The notes beneath the pieces are model-generated. The model worked only from the letters and a program-made list of their open reading frames with translations, had not been told where the DNA came from and did not search any database. A stretch of DNA of 63,748 nt, filler included, from Kipferlia bialata (taxonomy: Eukaryota), in assembly GCA_003568945.1 (NCBI GenBank). It is 4 parts of 4 records of this genome, joined end to end, with 100 filler letters (N's around TTAATTAATTAA, not from the genome) between each part and the next. Parts side by side here need not be neighbours in the genome. Positions count along the whole stretch, not along the records: positions 40,305 to 60,345 come from BDIP01000400.1; positions 60,446 to 63,748 come from BDIP01000533.1; 2 more parts are not named here. The stretch is one strand, 5' to 3'. Positions 55,637 to 63,748 of this stretch are shown piece after piece. The translations under genes were made by a program, and so were the position numbers. Positions within the stretch are counted from its first letter, which is position 1; every line of letters begins with the position of its first letter.

Positions 55637-56555
55637 GGCGTGATGCCCTGAGCCAGACGGACAAGAGGGGTCTGGCAGTCAGATACTACAAGGTATGGGC
55701 ATGTATATACTATATATACTATATATAGATATATGTTAGTATGGGTATATATGAGTATGACAAAGGGGTCTGGCAGTCAGATACTACAAGGTGTGTATAA
55801 TGATATTCCGCACTGCAGTATGTCGCTGCGACACACAGTCTTATCCCAGGGACTTGGTACCTCCACACCAGCTGAGGGCAGGGCATACTTCAGGTACCGT
55901 TGAATGTATATGAGTATAAGGCTGTATACTATCTAGTTCATGGATACAGAATGAGTTCAGGACAACATTCGTCGTAGCAAATCTCCAGTTCCTGTTAGTC
56001 TGTAGTATCTATATTCTCTACAATGTTATCATTCCTATGAAGATCTGCCATCTCATCTCCAGGGCACTCACATCCAACAAGAAGCTGTTCAAGTTCGACC
56101 ACCAGACAGGTGAGGACATAGATAACGTTGACTTCCATCATCTAATTTACATTATAAAACAATTTACTGATCTGTCTGTGTATATATGAGTGTGGCACGA
56201 TGCTGTTCAAGGGTCGGCCACCAGATACTCGAGTTTCTATACACAAGATTGTCAATGTAGTGCACTCTTCCATTCACCTGATCTCCAGACCGCTCCATGG
56301 ATAGCTATAATACATTATCACACGTATACTCACCTAACTCCCAGACCGCTCCATCGAGCTGGCCTTTGCCAAGGGAGTGGGGGCAGCCGCCGCCAGAAAG
56401 GTATGTATACTATGTATATAATGTGTACATATATATATGTTGAATTAGTATTAAATATATATTTATGACATATGACTATCTTTGTATATACTAAGGGAGT
56501 GGGGCCAGCAGCTGCCAGAAAGGTATCATCATCAATTTGATTGTGTATTCTAATA

Positions 56556-56586
<31 letters not shown>

Positions 56587-57211
56587 TCCTCAGGGCTGGC
56601 TGGCCAACACTGACCCCAACGTCTACCTGGACCAGAGTGCCAAGCAGATCTCATACTCAGACTTCGTCAACAAGGTAGAGTTATATATATGGGAGTATAT
56701 GCACATGTATCAGCATTTCAACGTTAACCTTCCTCTGATATCTCTCTGCTCTGACAGACTCGTACAATTCTTTAGACCTTCTCTCTCATCATCAGGAGCT
56801 TGTTCTCTTCTCCAGTCTATGCACATTAGTATATAATAGATGTACATGTATTATTCATTAGTATAACTCATCATCAGGAGCTTGTCCTCTTCTCCATCGC
56901 TGACAACCTGCGTTCCATCCCCAACATCATGGACGGTACGTGTATGTATATATTAGTATATATGTCATTGACTGCTATTCGTGCGTCTCACACCAATATC
57001 TGTTCGTACATATATATTACATGTATCACTCTCTGCCTGACCCCCCAGGTCTCAAGACTGGCCAGAGGAAGATCATCTTCTGCTGCTTCAAGCGCAACCT
57101 GACCACAAGGTGGGTCTTATCTCAATTTCTAGTTGTGAGATGATGTCCTCTCTTCCGATATTTTCTAGTAAACATAAGTGTTATGTCACAACCTTGGGTC
57201 TCTATCTCCCC

Positions 57212-57252
<41 letters not shown>

Positions 57253-57306
57253 TGTGTGTGTATACCCTTGTTCTGACCCAGCATCAAGGTTGCCCAGTTC
57301 AGTGGG

Positions 57307-57337
<31 letters not shown>

Positions 57338-60178
57338 ATGCATGTATATATACACTTTCTCTAACCCAGCATCAAGGTTGCCCAGTTCAGTGGGTATGTG
57401 TCTGAGCATGCCTCGTACCACCACGGAGAGCAGTCCCTGGGAGGGGCCATTGTGGGAATGGCTCAGGTATGGATGTGTCGTGATAGTATACATACATGTA
57501 TGTATACTATTGGTTAATAGGTTATACAGTCACTGGGAGGGGCCACTATATATCTGTAGACTCTGTGTTGCAGTATCATTATCAGTATCAGTGTTTCAAT
57601 TGTATGTTATTGTGAGCATGGTCCCGTATGAGTATATGTGTACATGAGTGTATATTCCAATGTACGGCACAGTGTATGTTTCCGCTCTCTCCCCCTCTCC
57701 CCCTCAGACCTTTGTGGGCAGCAACAACCTCAACCTCCTGGTGCCAGATGGGCAGTTTGGAACAAGGTACTTACTGTGTAGTTAACAATATACATATAGT
57801 ATATATGTACCAATATATATAGTATTGTATATGTATCAAGGGTCCTGGTGCCAGATGGGCAGTTTGGAACAAGGTACTTTCTGTGTATATATATTATATT
57901 TCACTTTTACACTAAATGTGTACTGTGTGTAATGATGCGCCAGATGGACAGTTTGGAACAAGGTAACTAATACATTCCATGCTACGAGAGCCATATATAT
58001 ATAGTAGAAGTGAATGGGGTTGTAAAACACTCTACAAGTCCTATAATTGTATATCTATTGTATTATATGTATATTAATGACTCTCACCCCAGGCTGCACG
58101 GAGGAAAGGACGCTGCCTCCCCAAGATACATCCACACACGCCTCAACCCCCTCACTCGGTACGTGTAGAATACTAAAGTAATTCATAGGATTTGTATATA
58201 TGCACGCTATTATGTATATGATCAATATGTAGAGTATGATCTGTCTGACCCTTAGCCTTGTGTTCCCTGCTGCCGATGACCCCCTGCTGCACTACCTCAA
58301 CGATGACGGACAGTCCATCGAGGTGTGTGTCGTACAAGTTCATTTGTTTCATATATACCATCATCTTACCCATCACGAGTACTACATGCCCATCATACCC
58401 ATTCAGTATATATATGTATAGTATATGTAGAATATATACATATATATCTAGTGTATCATGATCATCTTACCCAGCCCGAGTACTACATGCCCATCATCCC
58501 CATGGTCCTGGCCAACGGGGCAGACGGTATCGGCACAGGTATGGGAGTATTTTAGTAGATATATATATTAGTAGATATATATATTAGTAGATATATATAT
58601 TAGTAGATATATACCTTCCACTATACCCAGTGCCCTGAGCCAGTACATGTTAGTCACTGAATGAACTCTAACACCAGGCTATGCCACGTCCATCCCCACC
58701 TACTATGTATCACTATAGACTCATCCCTATATATATTGTCTTTATGTACCCTGACATTCTAGGCTATGCCACGTCCATCCCCACCTACGACGTGTCTGAT
58801 CTCATCAGGGCAGTCAGAAGGAGACTCCTGGGAAGGTATTATATACACATTATATATACATAGTATACACATTATATATATTGACTGACTATATATACTA
58901 GTGTGTCTGAGCTGATCAGGACAGTCAGAAGGACACTCCTCGGGAGTTGTGTTTAGTATGGAGTATTCTATCCTATATACCTCCACTCTGGAGTATATGA
59001 ATGTCAACCAATCTTTCTCTCTGTTGTCTGTGTATATATGATAATGTGTATACCTGTCACCTTAGGAGCACTGTGGAGGAGGTCACTGATACAAGTATTC
59101 ATATGCTAATTCGTTAATATGTATATATACTAATGTATATGTATACATACACTAACATCCCAGGAGTACTGTGGAGGAGGCCACCGACATACATCCATGT
59201 TAATGTATATATATGTATATTACGTATTTCTCTGTATTCATAGTATGTGTGCCTTAGGTATGTCTAACGCCTCAGTAGTATATATATACTAAAGTGTATA
59301 CATCTTACTTCTCAGGAGCACTGTGGAGGAGGCCACCGACATGCACCCCTCCTGGAACAAGTGGACGGGGGTATCCACTGCAAAGAGGAACAAGAAGGGT
59401 GAGAAGAGTGTGCTCTGTATATAAGGAATGTCTCTGTATATAAGGAACAAGAAGGGTACGTCGCAGCATCTGCCTCTAAACTAACACTCTTCTGTGTATA
59501 TATGTAAGGCATATGTAAGACAGGAGTGTCTAGTGCCAAGAGGAACAAGAAGGGTGAGGGAGTGCATCTACCACCATGAATCCAACACTCTTCAGATCAC
59601 AATGTACATATATGTGTTTACATGTCTCATTCTATGCCAGGTCTCTGGTTTCTCTGTCAAGGCCCATATAGTAGTGTGATGTATTTACGTATATATACAT
59701 ATGTATTCCTACATCTTACATCAGACCAGGTGTCTGGTTTCTCCGTCAAGTGTGATGTACTAATGCAAATATAATGAATCATATACAAGTAGAATCTTAT
59801 TGTCTCACTGTAGGCCAGGTGTCTGGTTTCTCCGTCAATGGTCTCATTGTAGTGTATGTAAATAGTTTTATGTATTAATGTCTCATACCAGGCCAGGTGT
59901 CTGGTTTCTATGTCAAGTGCCTCATATAGCTATGTATATATGTATTTGTATAGTTATGCTTATACACATATCTAATACTAGGCCAGGTGTCTGGTTTCTC
60001 TGTCAAGGGCCTTATTGTAGTGTGATATAATAGTGTATATGCAAATAGTTTTATGTATTAATGTCTCATTCTAGGCCAGGTCTCTGGTTTCTCTGTCAAG
60101 GGCTCCTGGAGAGAGACTGGCCAGGACGAGATCCTCATCCACGAGCTGCCCATCAGAGTGTGGACACAGGCCTACAAG
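46124..60178 (+). CDS. TOP2: DNA topoisomerase II (type IIA), about 40 exons, 3' truncated at scaffold end
   Basis: Spliced motifs: EHALKRPDTYI, LFDEVIVNA, NDGPGI, TSSNYDD, GGRNGYGAKLANIFS, IPKLDDAN, LILTEGDSAK, YGVFPLRGKMLNV, MVDQDHDGSHIKGL, YYKGLGTS, RSIPNIMDGLKTGQRK, YHHGEQSL, active site GGKDAASPRYI, and ELPIRVWTQAYK. Confidence 0.97.
52091..52470 (+). repeat. Four identical 35-nt copies of a TOP2 exon end + donor with unique spacers
   Basis: GCTGACATTGTGGATCTGGCCATCGTCAACAGGTA at 52091, 52206, 52319 and 52436. Confidence 0.95.
59636..60100 (+). repeat. Six copies of a TOP2 exon start
   Basis: CCAGGT(C/G)TCTGGTTTCT..GTCAA about every 80-95 nt. The last copy is the complete exon. Confidence 0.9.
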
Positions 60179-60290
60179 GTATGGGTATATATGATTATAT
60201 ATATGTATATATATATATATTGAGTGTCTCTCTCTCTATATATATGTTTGTTTATATGTTGTATCAGAGTGTGAACACAGGCCTACAAGG

Positions 60291-60345
<55 letters not shown>

Positions 60346-60445
60346 NNNNNNNNNNNNNNNNNNNNNNNNNNNNNNNNNNNNNNNNNNNNTTAATTAATTA
60401 ANNNNNNNNNNNNNNNNNNNNNNNNNNNNNNNNNNNNNNNNNNNN
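60346..60445. other. Artificial scaffold-joining linker
   Basis: 100 nt of N with TTAATTAATTAA. Segment lengths 20061, 20043 and 20041 fit concatenation of size-sorted scaffolds. Confidence 0.95.
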
Positions 60446-60509
60446 TGGTTCCTCGGGGGGTCTCTCCCCCCCCCCCCCCCCCCACGTACTCCCATTCCTT
60501 ACTCTACAG

Positions 60510-60895
60510 GCCTTTGTCCGTGGCACTGTGTACTCCCAGCAGTTCGTGCTTGAGACCACCGAGGGCGGCACCAATGTCACCTACATCACACACTCCTCCC
60601 CCGAGGGCAGGATCCCCGCCGGACTCTACAACAAGTGAGTACTGCTCTCTCTCTCTCTCTCTCCACACATATTGTCACTGGAGACTCTACAACAAGTGAG
60701 TGTACTACCCTCTCTCTCTCTCTCCCCCTACACCCCTAATGCCAGGCTCCTCAAGAACCAGGCCATGACCATCTCTCTCTCTCTCTCCCTCTCTCCCTCT
60801 CTCTATCTCTCTCTCCCTACACCCTTATTGTCAGGCTCCTCAAGAACCAGGCCATGACCATCGACAGGATCAGGCAGGACATCGTCAAGGCCTAA
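60510..60895 (+). CDS. START (StAR-related lipid transfer) domain protein, last two exons
   Basis: Exons 60510-60634 and 60835-60895 give AFVRGTVYSQQFVLETTEGGTNVTYITHSSPEGRIPAGLYNKLLKNQAMTIDRIRQDIVKA*, matching the START C-terminal pattern (VRG...T.VTY..H..P.G.IP...N). Confidence 0.75.
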
Positions 60896-62225
60896 GTCTC
60901 GCAAAGTCTCCCATTGACCATGTGTGACCTTGGGATTGACTGAGTGAACTAAGACTCGATATTTGCATATGTAATCACCTGTTTTAACTTGAGAGTGCAC
61001 CCTGTGTGTACTCTATGTTGATGGGTGTGTGTGTGGATAGAGTAAATCGTAGCTGTAAGTGTTATTCGAATGTATGTGGAGGACTATGATATCTTGTATT
61101 TATGGTTCTAGGATGCAAGACATTGTTGCTATTGCCTAATGGACACACTGCATCTCTGTGTTCTCGATACATAGTGAATAGAAAGGTGTCTTTCCCATTA
61201 TCACGACGTGTTAGGATAGTAGCCCGTTGTGACCGCAGGTTGACGACACTGTGTCGGACACAAACCCACATACACACTAATACATTTATATATATACAGG
61301 GTGTATATACACAGGGTATATATATATATATATATATATATAGGGGACACTCCTTGAATGACTACTTGACACAGAGTCATTGTCTCCTTTGGAGACTCTC
61401 CACTCATATATCACTCCCAGTCACACATATCAAAAGTCTCATAATCTATTTCAGGCCTGGACAACGACTACCAATGAGTGGATATCCCATATGTTCCATT
61501 GCCACAGAGGCATTCCTCCTCTATGGTGAGGTAGACAGATACCTCGAGGTGCTTGTAACAGATGTACCACGGCAGCAAGGGAGTCTCATCTGTGATAGAC
61601 TCGATGAGAACACGCAGCCATCCCACGTGTATCAAGGCAACAAGGGAGTAACCATCTGAGAGAGGATGGCGTCTGACGTCGGGCAGATCTAGCGTGTCCT
61701 ACCACTTCACTGAGTGTGAGCAGAGGGTGTCGAGGATATAGAGAGAGAGATAGAGAAGGAGTATACTATACTCAGTATAGCAGCCCACGAATTGCACGCC
61801 ACTCCCAAAACAACCTAATGGATAAGAGAGAGAGAACGGGTTTAGTGTAGAGACCGAGAGAGAGAGATAGAGGGAGAGAGACGAAATCATTATAATGTCC
61901 ACGGTGGAACAAGTTTGTGGGGAGTCTAGAGAACAGGTGTGTACACATACTGATGTGCTATGCGTGAAGGGAACGTCAATGTTACGCTCACACCCATGTG
62001 CCTTGGCCTATACATATGTCCAAAAGCGCATAAGAGGGAGTGTGTAGCAGAGCGATATGAATCACCCAACAAGTATACATGTGATTACATACCTAGACCA
62101 CCGCGAGATGCTCTCTGTTGCCTACGCCCTCTGGCTGTGTCGATACCATCACGACTTGGGTGAGTAGGGTATATAGAGAGATTTGCAGGTGTAAGTAACA
62201 CTTATGAGCCTTGAGGGTTAGCCAC

Positions 62226-62259
<34 letters not shown>

Positions 62260-63280
62260 CAGGAGTGGCAATGACAGTCTACAGTAGAACAGGACACGAG
62301 GGAGCCACGGGTAGTGTATACACATGCATAGTAATACTATTAGTAATACATACATAGTAATACTATTAGTATTCCATACTGATGTAGTCAATGTATGATG
62401 GGATCAAAAATGCACACACACACACACACATGTTACTGGGCCTTTCCAAATACACACGGCGCACTATAGAGCAGAGTGTATAGCTACTGCACTATGACTA
62501 ACACGTTACATGGATGCTCACAACATTACACATACCTATGAGACCATTGTTTGTTTGTTTTGGACTGGTGGGCAGGCACGACTAGGAATGTTCTCTACGT
62601 ATCCATGTAGATTAGCGTTCCCAATGGTACCTACCCCCAGCAAAGAGAGAGGGGGGGTTGGCGCCTCTGATAACTGAGCTCTACAGTCTGTTACAGTGAC
62701 ACCATCTATGTACACTCTGTGGAGTTACATGGTATGTACAGTGTGTTACAGTGTGAGGTTATCTATATACTTTGTAAGTAGACTACATTGTAGTTGCAAT
62801 CATAGATTGTGACTATATGTATGTTCTGACTCAATATATAGAGTATTTATTATATACCCTGATATGAACGGTTCAGGATGTATATTCACATTCCAAAACT
62901 CTATACCGTGGTGTTCGTGTATATATGTTACTGAATAGCATCAGTGTTACTCTCACTCACGTCGCTTCGTCACATCTACATATTCTCTCTGCCATGAGTC
63001 TTATTAAGACTCATAATTGAAGACGTGCAAGGATTGAGAGCGAGAGAAAGATGGAGAGAGAGGGAAAGCGAGAGAGTCAATGTACAGGGCCAAGAGGCAT
63101 TCCGGTGAGACTTCTCCACAGAGGTATAATACCCTGCGATGTAGCCTCTGCGTCTCAGAGTCTCTCCGACACTAGATGAACCCTTGAGCTGCAGTCTCAG
63201 TGAGAGTCTCATTGATGCAGAGACTTGTAAACGTATGCTTATCTGGAACAAGAACGCCACCGCATGCAGTACCCCCCCGG

Positions 63281-63461
63281 TCAAAGAGAGGTATTGCCTT
63301 GTGGCTCACTATTAGGAGACAACTGGGGTGCAAAGCTAGCCTCGTAGTGAATCTGGATGTGGGGTATCAGATACTTGTACTGGGCCCTGAAGAACGCGTC
63401 GGAGGCAGGGTGGTGCTCGCAGGGCTCCCGCATACCCTTCTGCATAAGTAGCCAGAACTCC
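63281..63461 (-). CDS. Probable exon of an unidentified gene
   Basis: Typical acceptor (ctacacccttatcgtcag) with two upstream echo copies near 63522 and 63585, followed by a GC-rich open stretch. Reading frame uncertain. Confidence 0.35.
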
Positions 63462-63476
63462 TGACGATAAGGGTGT

Positions 63477-63510
<34 letters not shown>

Positions 63511-63748
63511 GTGTATCAGGCTCCAGAACTCCTGACGATAAGGGTGTAGGGAGAGAGAGAGAAAGAAGTAGAGAGAGAGATGTATAAGTAGCCAGAACTC
63601 CTGGTATTAAGGGTGTAGGGAGAGAGAGTGAGAGTGCGAGAGAGAGATATGTGTTCCAGATCTGGGTGAAGTTTCCTGCTAGTAAGTACAAGGACAGGTA
63701 GAGTTGGGGGGGGGGGGGGGAAGAGAGGGTATTGAAACATGGCTGACC

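Noticed and set aside
58552..58612. 16-bp tandem repeat TTAGTAGATATATATA
   Set aside because: Ordinary intronic minisatellite with no exon-derived sequence.
46124..60178. TOP2 as a decayed pseudogene, or echoes as mutually exclusive exons
   Set aside because: One complete exon per position splices into an intact frame with the catalytic motifs. Echoes generally have only one splice site and part of the exon.
20062..60445. Regularly spaced TTAATTAATTAA palindromes
   Set aside because: They sit inside 100-nt N linkers and are concatenation artefacts. Gene neighbourhoods across them are meaningless.
60510..60895. Continuation of TOP2 after the gap
   Set aside because: It lies on a different scaffold and translates as a START-domain C-terminus.
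61440..61720. Short possibly coding stretch
   Set aside because: About 75 open codons on the minus strand, but no recognisable motif or reliable gene model.
1..63748. Most ORF-track entries (LSLSLS, YIYIYI, ERERER peptides)
   Set aside because: They are read-through of intronic microsatellites or antisense shadows of real exons.

Overview
Eukaryotic, very intron-dense, microsatellite-rich DNA. Tiny exons, a branch point fused to the 3' splice site and (GA)n-encoded ERERE tracts suggest a free-living fornicate such as Kipferlia; this is inference. The window is four unrelated scaffolds joined by 100-nt N-TTAATTAATTAA-N linkers, and the ORF track is mostly uninformative because the genes must be spliced by hand. 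Genes recovered: an ABHD17-like hydrolase, two paralogous 7TM-like proteins, a CUB-domain type I membrane protein, a giant Kelch/Cys-rich membrane protein, a coiled-coil protein, DNA topoisomerase II (about 40 exons, 3' truncated), a START-domain C-terminus and several hypotheticals. The main finding is that many introns carry ordered, polar 'echo' copies of their own exon boundaries. Exon-end+GT copies lie after the real donor, and branch+AG+exon-start copies lie before the real acceptor, with up to about 6 per site spaced about one intron length apart. The half-exon copies I compared differ from the real exon mostly at synonymous positions, while the DNA between them has diverged. This suggests they have been under protein-level selection, or are captured alleles.
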